Assembly (NCBI GenBank): GCA_964016885.1
Contig: OZ024743.1
Span: 222,642,001-222,706,000, forward strand
Reading direction: 5' to 3'
DNA: 64,000 nucleotides
Source: Eledone cirrhosa
Taxonomy: Eukaryota
Both the position numbers and the translations under genes were made by a program. The number at the start of each line of letters is the position of its first letter. Position 1 is the first letter of the stretch. The notes under the pieces are model-generated. The model did not search any database, had not been told where the DNA came from, and saw only the letters and a program-made list of their open reading frames with translations. Positions 1 through 13,028 of the stretch are shown here, one piece after another.

Positions 1-3000
1 CCTTTTCGAACTGTGTAGACAAACCTAATTTAAAGATGATTAGGGTCCCTACGGACACCTATAAGTCTTTAAAGGAAAACTTTCCTAAGGACGTGGGTAA
101 TCCTTGTGTTAAACCCATTAACCGCGTCCTTTTAAAAAGTTTCCCCATCATCACCCCAGACGCCTCCACCCCACCAAACATCTCCGTCCCCACCCCGCCG
201 GAAACCACCACCCACCCAGACAACCCCTCTAACACCCCATGGAAACCGTGCAGCCTGATCCTCGGGAGACGAAGAGGTGAGTGTTTTCTTCTCCTCTTTT
301 AACTTTTCAGAACCAACATGGCCAATATAAGAGTTGGGTGTGTGAATGTACGTGGCCTGGGGATGCTCTGGAAACAGGGCAAACTCTTAAACGACCTCAG
401 GTCGCACAGTATGGATGTAGTAGCCATTTGCGAGTCCAGGACCCACAGCGAGCGACAGCTGGCCCCCATCTTCGATGACTTTGAAATCTACGCATCTCTC
501 TATCTCTCTGTCGGCCGGGGGGTGGGTGGGGTTGCCGTTTTGCTACGGAAACACCTGGGCCTCGTAACACAGACGGTACATCTGGAGCCGGAGGGTCGAC
601 TGGTGGTCCTAGACGTTGACGGTAGTGAAGGTGGAGCCTTCAGGCTGGTGGCCGCATATACCCCATCCGGGACACCGCGGCCAGACTTCTTCAAACGTCT
701 AGAGACTTTTCTGAGAACGTCCCGTTCCTTGATTTTAGTGGGGCAACTGGAATGGAATCCTAGATGCACATTGGGACTATGTGGGAGCATGTCCCGATAA
801 AGTGTGTGGGGGGGGGGGGGGGGGGTGTAACAGCCTCAAACAGTTAATCGGCCGATTTGACCTGGCCGATAGATATCGACTAGATTTTCCGACTGTGCCA
901 CTGTGGGCGTGGACTAATCTTAGCGGAACATCTAGATCGTACCTAGATAGGGTTCTAGTTAGAAATAAGGATAGGGACATGTTAAGCTGTCCACAAATGT
1001 TCATGGTTGCCTATTCAGATCACAAACTAGTGACCTGCATGGTCAACCTTGATAGAACCCATAGACAAGGACCCGGCTACTGGAAGCTGAATTTGTCGTT
1101 ACCGACATGCAAAGCCTACAGTAGACGGATTAGCACTTTAGTTAAACAGCACTTGACAGGGGCCATTGTCAACAACAGATAGTGGCACTCTCTCAAGAGG
1201 GCAGTTAGATTAGACTCGTTAGTTTTTAGTAAAGAATTAGCGTTAGATAGAAATAAAACCGAGAAAGAACTGGTAGATAAAGTAGAAGAGGCAATTAGAA
1301 GTGGCAACGTAGCCAGCGTGCTAGCAACGAGAACGTTCTTGGACCAGTTCTTCGACGAAAAGCACGAGGGCTGCGTTGTCAGAAGCAAAATACGTGCTCT
1401 GGGAAACGAGGGAGCCAAAGCTGTTAGCTGGGCCCGAGTGACGGAGGCAAAAAGTGGCAACAAGTCCACAATTCGGTCTTTGAAGGACCAAAACGGACGC
1501 GTGATACGTGAGCCAAAGCAGATGTTTGCGGCCTTTCAGCGGCACTTTGCTCAACTGTTCGGGCAGGGCGTCGCGCCGGGAGGGGCTATGGATTTCGGTC
1601 CATACCTCGACAGCCAACCGTGACTCTCGGACAGCGAGGCAAAGTTCTGCGAAAAGCCGATTTCAGCCGCTGAGATAGGGGACGCGCTGAGCCAATGCGG
1701 CAAACGCAAATCTCCAGGTCTCGACGGTCTACCCTACGAATTTTAAGTAGCAATGTCGGACTTATTCTCCGGTCTCCTGGAAGCGGTCTACTGCAACTGG
1801 CAACAGAACGGGAGAATTCCCAGTTCTGTGACCGGGACGGTAGTCACACTAGTCAGGAAGGACGAGAATAAGGAAACTTCCGGCCCATAACTCTGCTAAA
1901 CACAGAGTTACAGATTTTGGCCAAGGTGTTGGCAAAGAGGCTGGCGCTTGTCGTCGAGAACCTGGTGGGAGAAGCGCAGACATGCGCAATCCCGACCAGG
2001 TCCATACACGACAACCTCCACCTCATGCGATACATCATAGAGAAGGTAGGGTGTAAACCCGGCTTCGGTGGGGCCCTGATCAACTTGGATCAGTCTAAGG
2101 CTTTCGATAGGGTTGACCATCGTTACCTGGATGCGGTGCTCGAGGCGGCAGGCTTCGGACCCGTGTTCAGGGGCTGGATTGCTGCAATGCACAACAGCAA
2201 CATCTGCTCAAGGGTTAAGGTGAACGGCTACCTCTCGGAACCGTTCCATATCACGCGATCCATTCGACAGGGATGCCCTCTCTTCTCCCTTCTGTGCGTA
2301 CTGACTCTCGAGCCACTACTGCGGAAGTTGGAGCTATTGCAGGGCATCCCTCTGGAACCGGGACTGCGGAAAGCGGCGTCGGCCTACGCCGACGACGTGA
2401 CAGTAATGGTGTCGAGCGCCTCGCAAATCGAGGAAGTCGGCACCTTACTGAAGGAATACGAAAGGTTCACAGGACAAGTCCATCGGTTTGCAACTCGGAT
2501 CGTGGAGAGGCAAACCGATGCCTTCTGATGGCGTCGTCGGACGCTGGACGGAAGGAACAGTAAAGCTGCTCAGGGTCTGGTTTGGTCCGGACCTCCAGGT
2601 GGAGAAGAACTGGAACGAGGTGTCGGCCAAGGTGTTTGCACTCACCCAGTAGTGGGCCGAGTGCAAACTATCCTTGAAAGGTCGAGCGGAGGTGGCGAAC
2701 ACTTTTATAGCGTCCGCCATCTACTACCGCTTGACCGTCGTGCGTTGTCCAGCCAAAACGCTCGCCAAAATGGAGCGCGCGCTCTTCCAATTCCTTTGGA
2801 AGAGGCGGGCTCCTTTGGTGAGAAGATCCATCTGCTGCCAACACCCTTCCAACGGAGGGCTGGGGATGCCGTGGCTGACGATGCGCAAACACGCGCTCAG
2901 GCTGCGGCATCTCTACGTATTCCTCACCGGACAACCGGTGTGGGCCCCGTTCGTGAGGCGAGCCTTCCCACGACTCGTCCCGCTGACCGAGCTGCAGTCC

Positions 3001-4020
3001 TGGGTCAAGCAAAGACCGAGGTAAATGGGCGACTGGCACATCGAATGTGCTCAGGCGCTTACAGCCCTCTGGCAGGCGGACTCGGCGATCAGTGGAGACT
3101 TCACTTCGTCATTCTATAGAGGGTTGATCTGCAGCAAGTGCGACGACGTGCTCGGTGAAACTCTGGGCGTAGAGGAAGACGAACTGGCCAGTCTGTTCGG
3201 TAGGACCTTCCGCCCGGGACCGATGGACAACTTCCAAAAGTCCCTTGCCTGGCAGTGCTACCGAGGAGCTCTACCAGTTCGAGACAAGCTCTACAGACAT
3301 GGGCGCCCGAGCAGGGACCCTGCAAAAAAGATCTGTCCGAGGTGCGTGCGAGACGAAGAAACCGTCGCGCACGCATTCATACACTGCCCGGGCGTCACCG
3401 ACCTGTGGGGCTATGTAGAACGACTATTGTCGCGGGTGGGACCAATCCGGTTGACCACCGAGTCCATTGTCATGATCAAACCGCCACCCTCCTTCAAAAA
3501 CGAAGGAGAGACGGTTTTCCTTTGTGTGATAGCTATGGCGAAAGAGGTTGTATGGTGGACAAGGTTGAAAGGGCTGAGGTCAGACACCTTTCTCTCCGGC
3601 CAACAACTGATTCTTTTTTTTCAAATACCACTTTGGAAGAAGAATCAGGATGGAGAGAAAGGTGCTGTACCCCAGCAAATTTTATGAAAGGTGGGTGAAA
3701 GTGGCGAGAATGGCCCGAGTGAATAGGCCTTCTCTCTATATCAGCCTGTAGGTTGAGGAAAAAGAGGAGAGGAAAGGAGTACAAACTCTTCGTACTCCTG
3801 GAGATGAGGGTTGCACATTTTTTTTCGCGGGTATGTGTTACCCATATGTAATGTCTCCCCCTATTGGGGAAAATCGACTAATTTTTAAATTGCATTTGTG
3901 ATAGTATTTTACACGTTTTTATTGTATGTAAACTTCCCCCTTTGTATTTGTCCCCTTCTTTTGTGCCCCTGTGGCTAATAAAGAAACATATCTGTGGCTA
4001 ATAAAGAAACATATCTATCT
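1..4020 (+). mobile_element. Tx1-clade (L1-like) LINE, copy 0; 5' part lies outside the window
   Basis: ORF1 C-terminus (to 302), then ORF2 fragments with APE, RT and C-terminal Zn finger. 3' UTR ends in a duplicated AATAAAGAAACATATCT followed by TATC repeats. Confidence 0.9.
318..3751 (+). pseudogene. Tx1 ORF2 (APE endonuclease + RT + zf-RVT), disrupted
   Basis: NVRGL, ICES, SYLDR and YSDH (APE); RPITLLN, LDQSKAFDRVDH, QGCP and AYADD (RT); CPRC..ETVAHAFIHC. Several stops and frameshifts. Confidence 0.92.
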
Positions 4021-4357
4021 TTTACTCTAGTACACATACACACACATACATACATGTATATATTATAAAGCAATTATATTTTCAAACACATTCTCCTTTA
4101 CACACACACATCCAAATCCATCCTCATTTCTGTTTCTCACTCTTTTACACGCAAATGTGCATATATAAATACATACATACATACACACACATATATACAT
4201 AAATACATACATACATACATACATATATACACACATACACACATACATACATACATATATACATACACACACACACACACATACACACACACATACACGC
4301 ATACACACATACACACATACATACATACACACACACATACACACATACATACATACA

Positions 4358-5128
4358 TGGTGGCTGCCAACTCGTTTTCGAGTACGGCCACTACTTTATA
4401 TCCATGTAGGAGAACCCCTACCGATGTGCTGAACGAGTGTGACTTTTTAGTCCAGCCAGCGACTTGAAAACTCTGGCACAAACACTACACATGTGACAAT
4501 TATTGACACATAGTGCTGGGCCCATGGTACCATGTGACGAGATCTCCAGATATAAAGCAATGCCTGTGCCGTGAAGCTTTTATAGTGAGCAAAGGCACTG
4601 CACAAAGCCAGTCCCACTCTCTTAACCAAGATGATATTTACCAAAAAGAAGAACAAGTCAACATCATTGGATACCATCAGGGTTGCAGGTGTTATATCAG
4701 AGTTTTCCTTCTCCTAGAATTCTGCCTTGACAAAGGCTAAGGGGTCATCTCTCCCGGTGATTTTGGATGGCCATTGACTCTTAAGAGCTCCTTTGCCCTT
4801 TGACAGGTTTTGTTTTTAGTCCTGCAGGATGTCCAAAGTCACCCTCCTCACCAAGAAACCTGGGTGGGGTTGCCAGTTTAGTCGCCAACGACCCGACCAT
4901 GGGACAGGTTGTACTGGGATATATGGTGGCTGCCAACTCGTTTTCGAGTACGGCCACTACTTTATATCCATGTAGGAGAACCCCTACCGATGCGCTGAAC
5001 AAGTGTGACATTTTAGTCCAGCCAGCGACTTGAAAACTATGGTACAAACACTACACTTGTGACAATTATTGACACATAATGCTGGGCCCATGGTACCATG
5101 TCACGACAAGTGCAGAGAGATCTCCAGA
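4358..5128 (-). mobile_element. Non-autonomous ~600-bp RTE-like element; one near-complete unit plus a partial tandem unit in (ATGT)n
   Basis: Near-identical to 34389-34994. Minus strand has CTAGGAGAAGGAAAACTCTGA, reminiscent of RTE 5' UTRs. The 3' end runs into (ATGT)n, and 4923-5128 repeats 4358-4555. Confidence 0.65.
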
Positions 5129-5438
5129 TATAAAGCAATACATACATACATACATACATACATACATACATACATACATACATACATACGAGAGATCTCC
5201 AGATATAAAGCAATACATACATACATACATACATACATACATACATACATACATACATACATACATACATACATACATTGTCATCTTTCACATATTTCAC
5301 TTCCACACAAATACAATCTTTATATTTATATATCAATCAATTCATTCATTCATTCGTTCTTTCTTTCTTCTTCACACTGACAAATACACTCACTCTTTTT
5401 CTATAATCTCTCTCTTTCTCACGCCCCCCCCCCCTCTC

Positions 5439-5499
<61 letters not shown>

Positions 5500-5720
5500 G
5501 AATAGATTCAGGACCCCGAGGGCTGAGCTCTGGCCGTTTCGACAGCTAGATTCGAACAGTTCGGATGAGTTCGGATCTAGCTGTCGAAACGGCCGGAGCT
5601 CTGCCGTCGGGGTCGTGAATCTTTTCCTATTACCCATTCTACTACCCCAAGTATCCAGTACTCTGGTGCGTTATGGTCCACCTGGTATCTTGCCACACCC
5701 TCTTTGTCGTTTTTACAAAA
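5500..5720 (+). mobile_element. PLE-type 3' end as a fold-back palindrome (5500-5626) with the 3' half of a hammerhead
   Basis: Inverted arms; GAAA-CGGC/GCCG-TC (GUC cleavage triplet at 5606-5608). Related to 6386-6533. Flanked by (CA/TA)n. Confidence 0.7.
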
Positions 5721-5756
5721 TTTATATGTATGTATGTATATATACATACATACTAA

Positions 5757-6100
<344 letters not shown>

Positions 6101-6202
6101 ATAAGAGATGTCAACATGAATAGACCTGTTATTTTTATCCAAAGACATTTTTTTCCAATTCCACCCCGCCCGTCCCTTCAATCTATCTTATTTCTGATTC
6201 TT

Positions 6203-6238
6203 TCTTCTGGTGAAGGACTAGCGTCCGAAACGTTAGGA
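6203..6238 (+). ncRNA. Minimal type I hammerhead ribozyme, A6G variant
   Basis: TCTT-CTGGTGA-A-GGAC(TAGC)GTCC-GAAA-CG-TT^AGGA; palindromic stem III ACGT. Confidence 0.65.
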
Positions 6239-6320
6239 CCCTCTTCCTGCTATTTCTAGCGTTAACCTAATATATTCCTTCCATATACTGTACCGATTGT
6301 GTTGTTATTTCTGTTTACCT

Positions 6321-6374
<54 letters not shown>

Positions 6375-6385
6375 AATATATATAA

Positions 6386-6533
6386 GAAAATGTATGACCC
6401 CGACGGCAGAGTCGAAACGGCTTGAGCTCTGCCGTCGGGGTCATACATTTTCCTACTACCCACTCTACTACCCTAAGTATTGAGTACTCTGGTGCGTTAT
6501 GGTCCATCTGGTTCCTTACCACAACTAGTTCGT
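6386..6533 (+). mobile_element. Second PLE-type fold-back of the 5500 family with the 3' half of an HHR
   Basis: Arms 6386-6411 and 6427-6452; GAAA-CGGC..GCCG-TC. Tail is similar to 5627-5700. Confidence 0.7.
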
Positions 6534-6618
<85 letters not shown>

Positions 6619-6657
6619 ATATGTATATATATGTATATGTATATGTGTATATATATA

Positions 6658-6743
<86 letters not shown>

Positions 6744-6883
6744 GATTGGAAACAACACGGAAATATATTTAAAGAGTCTGTTTTTCTTTTTTTCTTCTTT
6801 GATCCGTCAAAGTGACATTATTGAAAAAATGAGAACAATTTTTTTTAAAAAAGGGAGTTTTATAAAGTATATAAAATATATAA

Positions 6884-6923
6884 AATATAACCGGTTTCGA
6901 TGTAACCAATCTTATCAAATATT
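6884..6923 (-). ncRNA. Minimal hammerhead ribozyme, U3-A8 core
   Basis: Minus strand: AATAT-TTGATAA-GAT(TGGTTAC)ATC-GAAA-CCGG-TT^ATATT. Confidence 0.7.
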
Positions 6924-7012
6924 AAATATTACAATTAAAAAAGAATTGAAAATTAAAGATAAGTGTTGAAGAAGGTCTGTTCATCTTTCTTGTGTATATA
7001 TTTAGTTATATT

Positions 7013-7214
7013 ATATATAGAAATGACTTCTACAGGACTAGAACTATTTCATTCGTATGAAATCCTGATGAAATCCTGATAATTTTATACGAATGAAACA
7101 GTTCTAGTCCTGTAGAAGCCATTTCTATATAAAGTATAGATGCCTATGCTCTACCAACGTATTGAGTACCCTTTTTAACGGTGGTCACCTCCTGACACCC
7201 ATCAGGAATCTATA

Positions 7215-7215
<1 letters not shown>
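7013..7215 (+). mobile_element. PLE-type fold-back palindrome (7013-7131) with an HHR-like motif at 7065-7118
   Basis: Arms meet at ATTCGTAT/ATACGAAT; GAAA-CAG..CTG-TA. Short internal duplication of GAAATCCTGAT at the centre. Confidence 0.6.
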
Positions 7216-7304
<89 letters not shown>

Positions 7305-7323
7305 CACACACACACACATATAA

Positions 7324-7725
7324 TGTTATACCTTGGGAGAGTCGTGCTGCCAATAAAAACACACGCATGTGTGTTTTCACTTCAATTTATTACAAATTTC
7401 CCGATGGTTGGTTTAATAACCGGATGCTTGTTTACTTATTGTCAAAGCTCTTTCGTCACACACCCGGATATAACGCATGCACAACCCAAATATACATACA
7501 CAAAAACAAGGTGGTTTTGGACAGAACAAAGGAAAGAAACAAAAGAACAAATTAGTCACTGAGGAGGTCACAGAATGTGTGACGAAAGGGCTTTGACAAC
7601 CATCCGGTTATTAAACCAACCATCCGGTTATTAAACTAACCAACTGGAAATTGTTAATAAATTGAAATGAAACCAAACAGGAAGGTGTGTTTTTATTAGC
7701 AACATGACCCTCCCAAAGTATAACA
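7324..7725 (+). mobile_element. PLE-type element with diverged inverted arms
   Basis: 7324-7460 is an inverted copy of 7577-7725. The terminus ATGACCCTCCCAAAGTATAACAAT is shared with ~53625 and ~55572. Confidence 0.7.
7555..7597 (+). ncRNA. Minimal type I hammerhead ribozyme
   Basis: GTCA-CTGAGGA-G-GTCACA(GAATG)TGTGAC-GAAA-GGGC-TT^TGAC. Confidence 0.8.
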
Positions 7726-8124
7726 ATGTATGTTTCAACACATGTTTTCAGATAAGAAATCTTGCAAAACAAATACAAAAACGATGTGTATATATATGTG
7801 TGTGTGTGTGTGTGTGTGCATATATATTTTTTTCTATGGACCGAGAGACTTCTAGTCTTCATTAAGACATCTCTCTAGGAGAAGGTCACTCTGATATAAA
7901 AACCTGTGACTTTGTTTACATCCAATGAAGTAGACCAGTTGGAGACCAACAAAAAATTACACAATGAATATTGTTTACCCTGAGGTGCTTCAAGATTGAC
8001 AGATTTTCATTTCCAAATTCTATTTTGATATTTTTTTAAAATAAAATATACATATTTTAAAATAATAATGAGAAAAAAATATATACTTCATATTTATTGT
8101 TTACTAATCTGAATAAGAACATCA

Positions 8125-8156
8125 GTAACCCGGGATACGCCGGGTCATTCAGCTAG
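8125..8156 (+). mobile_element. Helitron-like 3' terminus (5' end not located)
   Basis: Hairpin ACCCGG..CCGGGT, then CTAG followed by T. Confidence 0.55.
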
Positions 8157-8470
8157 TCATATCTCTATATACGTACTAAACTGCTAACACTAACACTACT
8201 TTCACTTTCCAACATGCTGGTTTTATTCTATTAGTATTAATTTGTCTGTTACTGATATGTTCATGACAATGTTATCGTTAATGTGTTAATACGTGTGTGT
8301 ATGTGTGTTTCAGTGATACATGTGTATTGACTTTAGTAAATGTATGTGTATATTAGTATGTCTATGTTGCTATTAATGTGTTATTTACAATTATATTAGA
8401 GTTTGTGTGTTTTTGTATGTGTAATTCAACAACGGTACCTATATCTGTTAATCTGCATTCGTTTGGTATA

Positions 8471-8942
8471 TCTATATACATAAATGGCAATTTCTGTCTG
8501 TCTGTGTGTGTTTGTGGATTTGTTTGTGAACCTAAAACTCAAAAACTACAAAACCGATCTTGATGAAACTTGACATGTGTAAGGCACATACCCATTTGAT
8601 TTCTTACGTATATTTCATTTTAATCAAAGGGTTCCCCGGGGGCTCAAACCCCCGCTGAAAATGTTTTCCCTTCGATTTATATGAAATTTAAAAAGTTTTG
8701 AATTGATATTTTGAAAAAAATTATTTACAAGAAACAAAATAAGAATAAGATTTAATAATACAATTTTGATTTGATATATTACAAAAATAGTGTTTTCCAA
8801 TGGTTCATGCATTAGATTTTACATTGAGTAATATTGAAATGCAGAGTTTTTCTCCATAAATTATATCACTGATTTAAAATCAATCATCATTTTCTTACAA
8901 AAAAATGTGTGAAACGCAGCAAGTCACGGGTAATTCGGCTAG
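8471..8942 (+). mobile_element. Non-autonomous Helitron
   Basis: A|TC start, TCTATA..(CTGT)n head, 3' GTGA..TCAC hairpin, and CTAG|T end. Confidence 0.65.
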
Positions 8943-9039
8943 TATGTATATAATTGTGTATGTGCGTAATAGTGTGTGCGTTAGTTATATATATCAGTAA
9001 TAGTGTGTGTGAGTGTGTGTTAGTATATATCAGTAATAA

Positions 9040-10430
9040 TGGTTTCTGATTTAGGCACAAGGCCAACAATTTTTGGGGAGGGCAAAGTCGATTAGATCGA
9101 CTCCAGTGCATTACTGGTACTTAATTTTATCAACCCCGTAAGTATGAAAGGTAAAGCTCACCTCAGCTGGATTTGAACCCAGCAATAATGTCTATGTCTG
9201 TGTGTTTGTATATCTTAGTAACAGTGTATGTGTGCGTGTTAGTATATGTGTCTGTGCGTGTTAGTAAATCTTAGTAATAATACCTCTGTGTCTGTGCGTG
9301 TTAGTAAATCTTAGTAATAATACTTGTGTGTATATGACTGTAAGTATATGTGTTAGTATATCTCAGTAATCATGTCTGTATGTTTGTATGACTAAGTATA
9401 TATGTACCCATAGATTATATAATTTATCATGTTCTGTATTTACTAGCCTTAACCCACTTTCCAGTCAATTCAGCACTTTTAATCGTTCGTTGTTTCAATC
9501 AACGTTTGGATGGACTCCAACAAAACTTTTCTTTTCCTCTATCAATTTATTATTTCCTTTTACATTTTTCGCTAATTTTATTAAACATAAATCATTTTTT
9601 TTCCTTCCTCTTCAATTTTTCATATTTGATAATAAAAAAATATTTATTTTGCTTTCGTGAAAGTTCTCGGCGAAATGAGTTAACGAGGTTTCGATTTCCG
9701 ATCGAATACATTGGGGGATGGGGGGAATTGGTTTTTCCAAATCCAAAGCTAATGTATCAAGTTTATGCTTCTAGATTGTTCTAGAATATGTCTATTATTG
9801 TTGTTGTTATATTAACTGTTGCATATCCGAAGATTGGATTTTCTAGGATTCGTTTGTGTTTATTATACCCGTGATATATATTTTGGGGGGATTTCTTCAA
9901 ATAACATTATTATTAGTATGACATTTCCTTTCCTTTGTCTCGTAACTCCTCGTGGAGTCATGGGGGCGCCGTATTCATATACAGTGTTTCTAGAGTATAG
10001 CATAGAGTTGTGGTCCTTTACTTTCTGAGTTCAAATTCCGCCGAGGTTAGCTTTGCCTTTCCTCCTTACGGCGTCGATAAAATAAACACCAGTAATGCAC
10101 TGGGGTCAAATTAATCGATCCCACCCCCACCCCACCAAAAAAAATTGCTGATCTTGTGCCTCTGGTAGAAATCATTGTTATTTCTTCTACAGGTCTGAAT
10201 ATAGCAGGTTTCTTCCAGAGAAGGATAGAAAGACTGCGAGAAAGGAAGTGAGAAAGAGATATGGAGGAAGAATCGATCCCCAGTACTTTACTAGTATTTT
10301 TTTATCGACCTCGAATGGATGAAAAGCAAATTTGACGTCGATGGGATTTGAACTCAGAGTGTAGAGAACCGAAACGAACACTGTAAAACATCTTACCCGA
10401 TGTTCTAACAACTCTGCCAATTCCCCTCCT
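9040..10430. mobile_element. Copies of an abundant tRNA-derived SINE (9040-9182 -, 9990-10180 +, 10270-10430 -)
   Basis: Shared core GAGTTCAAAT..GAGGTTAACTTTGCCTTTCATCC..GATAAAATAAAGTACCAGTAATGCACTGG. Confidence 0.75.
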
Positions 10431-10484
10431 TTAGTATGGCATTACAAACAAGTAGAACCACTACGACTCTAAGTAGACAGCTCA

Positions 10485-10716
10485 TCATCACCCGGCGGCC
10501 TCAGCCGAAATCGACTCAACAATTAATCTCCACGTAGGTCTCTCGTTCATTGCTGTTGCCAAATCATGGATTTCAATACCAGAATCTCTGGAGATGACAT
10601 CGGGATAGGAGAGCTTGCACCCTCTGTTATTAGTGATTGCTTGTGGTTTCCAAAGAACTAATGGCACGGTGGCATTGACAAGCAAATCTTACTCTCCTTT
10701 TACGTACAACGACAGA
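10485..10716 (-). pseudogene. RTE LINE ORF C-terminal remnant; continues at 24938-25010 beyond the hAT insertion
   Basis: Joined flanks read approximately ISW*HLTLKEI(Y)AGLPRISVVVRKRRVRFA...AMNERPTWR, ending in a TGA repeat tail. Confidence 0.7.
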
Positions 10717-10930
10717 CAGTGACGGACTGGGTCTAAAAATATTGGTTGCCAGATGAAGGGGGTCCACCTACATATAGAATGCTATCATTTGATTTTTATA
10801 ATGAATAAATAACATTTTCGAAAAATACATAAGTGAAAACAAAACGATGCAATCAAATTTTTGCGGGAAAATATCTTACCTTCTCCGATAAAAAATATTA
10901 TGTTTTTTGCAAAATCCAGAGACTTTCAAT

Positions 10931-11398
10931 AATGACCAGAAGTCGACCCTAAATATTACTAATAGCTCTAGGAAAGCCATGAACGTCACCACATTTTTTC
11001 ACTTTGAAAGTAGGTTTATAATTATCAATTTTCTTTATACTTTTGTAGCTGTCTCGGTGGCCTAGTTGGAAGAATCATAGATGGTGGTGATCCTGGTCTG
11101 AAGTTCGATCCTAGTCAAGAGTAGGATTCCCCAGTAAACCTTTTAAGTTTTTTTTTCTCTGGGTTATAAAATAAAAGCTGAAAGAGGTTATATGTACCTC
11201 TTGACCAGGATTGAACCCAAGGACAGGATCTCCACCGTCTCTAGTACCTACCGCTAGGCCACAGAGACAATTACGAAAATTATATGAAAATACATACTTA
11301 TAAACCTACTTTCAAAATTTTCAAAACAAAGTGATGCGGTGTCGTTCATGTCTTTCTTATTGTTATTGCTCCTATTTAAGATCGACTTCTAAATCATT
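10931..11398. mobile_element. Fold-back element with two convergent tRNA-like units
   Basis: Long imperfect inverted repeat. Left arm: TGGCCTAGTTGG / GTTCGATCC. Right arm (minus): TGGCCTAGCGG / GTTCAATCC. T-runs at the centre. Confidence 0.7.
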
Positions 11399-11625
11399 TG
11401 GGTGGTCCATAAACTACATCCTCGTTTTGTTTCTCATCTATCTAGACTACATTTTAACCTGTAATCCATGTTTCATTACTGTTGCACCTCATTTCTCCCC
11501 CTCCCCTCTCTGTCTCTCTCTCTCCCTGTAATATTTGAATCTACTATGATTTGGGCTTACCTTATTCCTATATATATGTTTTTGCATGTCAGTTAGATTC
11601 AAACTTATTACAATGATTGGCATTA

Positions 11626-11669
<44 letters not shown>

Positions 11670-11670
<1 letters not shown>

Positions 11671-12519
11671 AACGAAGCGTTAGGTAGAGCTGGGTATAGA
11701 AATAAAATTAAATACATCGATAATAATAATAATATAACAACTAACCATAATCGTAACAATTTTAACTATGGTAACAATTTTAACAACTATAATAGAAAAC
11801 CTTACATTAATTCCGAAAGCGGAAAAAGAAATAGAACTAGGAACATATTATGGTTCGCTCCTCCTTTTTCATTAAATATTAAAACCCCTATTGCTAAATT
11901 ATTTTTTAAAGCTCTTGACAAATGCTTCCCTAGAACACATAGGTATTACTCAATTTTTAATAGACATACTATAAAATTAACTTATTCTTCCACCAAAAAT
12001 TTAGCGCAAAATATTAATAGAATTAATAATAGAAATTTAAAACCTAACCAAAATACCACTAAATAACCCAAGCAATATCCAATTTGATAAATGTGCTGTA
12101 GAAATAAATCTAACTGCCCGTTAAATAACAATTGCTTAGCTAAAAATATAGTATATAATTGTAATGTAAAAACTAATTTAAATCCATTTAATTATGTCGG
12201 ATCTACCTCCACAGAGTTTAAATCCCGCTTCAATAATCATAAAAATTATTTTACAGATCCAAACAAAAAATCTTCAACTTCTCTATCTAGCCTATTATGG
12301 GACCTCAAACTAAAGAACGTTGAATATTCGTTGATTTGGAATATTATTTCAAAAGCTACTCCTTTTAACTCCTCTTCAGAAAATTGTGATCTTTGTATAG
12401 AGGAAATATTCTTTATATTAAAGACCAAAAATTCCTTGAACTTAAGGAATAATTTATTCAGTTGCTGTAGACATAGATTAAACTCAACGTTTAAATATAA
12501 ATATAAATTTAAAATGTAA
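11670..12519 (+). pseudogene. PLE ORF C-terminus with GIY-YIG endonuclease (in-frame stops)
   Basis: CCRNKSNCPLNNNCLAKNIVY..YVGST..FKSRFNNH..CDLCIEE..LNLR..CCRHR. Confidence 0.88.
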
Positions 12520-12703
12520 TATATAATTAATTAATTAATTTTATTAGTATATTGAACCTGTCGATAAATCATTAGATTCCTTCATCTTTTTTGACTGATT
12601 ATACACTCAAGTAAAAATAACTTTTCTTCTAAATATAAATAAATATAATAAACTATTCTAGAGAAATATACTGAGAGCTCTTGAAAGGAGAAAATATTTC
12701 TTA

Positions 12704-13028
12704 TATTTTTTATTTTTTATTTTTTATTTTTTATTTTTTATTTTTTATTTTTTTATTTTTTATTTTTTATTTTTTATTTTTTATTTTTTATTTTTTATTT
12801 TTTATTTTTTATTTTTTATTTTTTATTTTTTATTTTTTATTTTTTATTTTTTATTTTTTATTTTTTATTTTTTATTTTTTATTTTTTATTTTTTATTTTT
12901 TATTTTTTATTTTTTATTTTTTATTTTTTATTTTTTATTTTTTATTTTTTATTTTTTATTTTTTATTTTTTATTTTTTATTTTTTATTTTTTATTTTTTA
13001 TTTTTTATTTTTTATTTTTTATTTTTTG
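12704..13028. repeat. (TTTTTTA)n 7-mer array inside the PLE 3' UTR
   Basis: Direct inspection. Confidence 0.95.
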
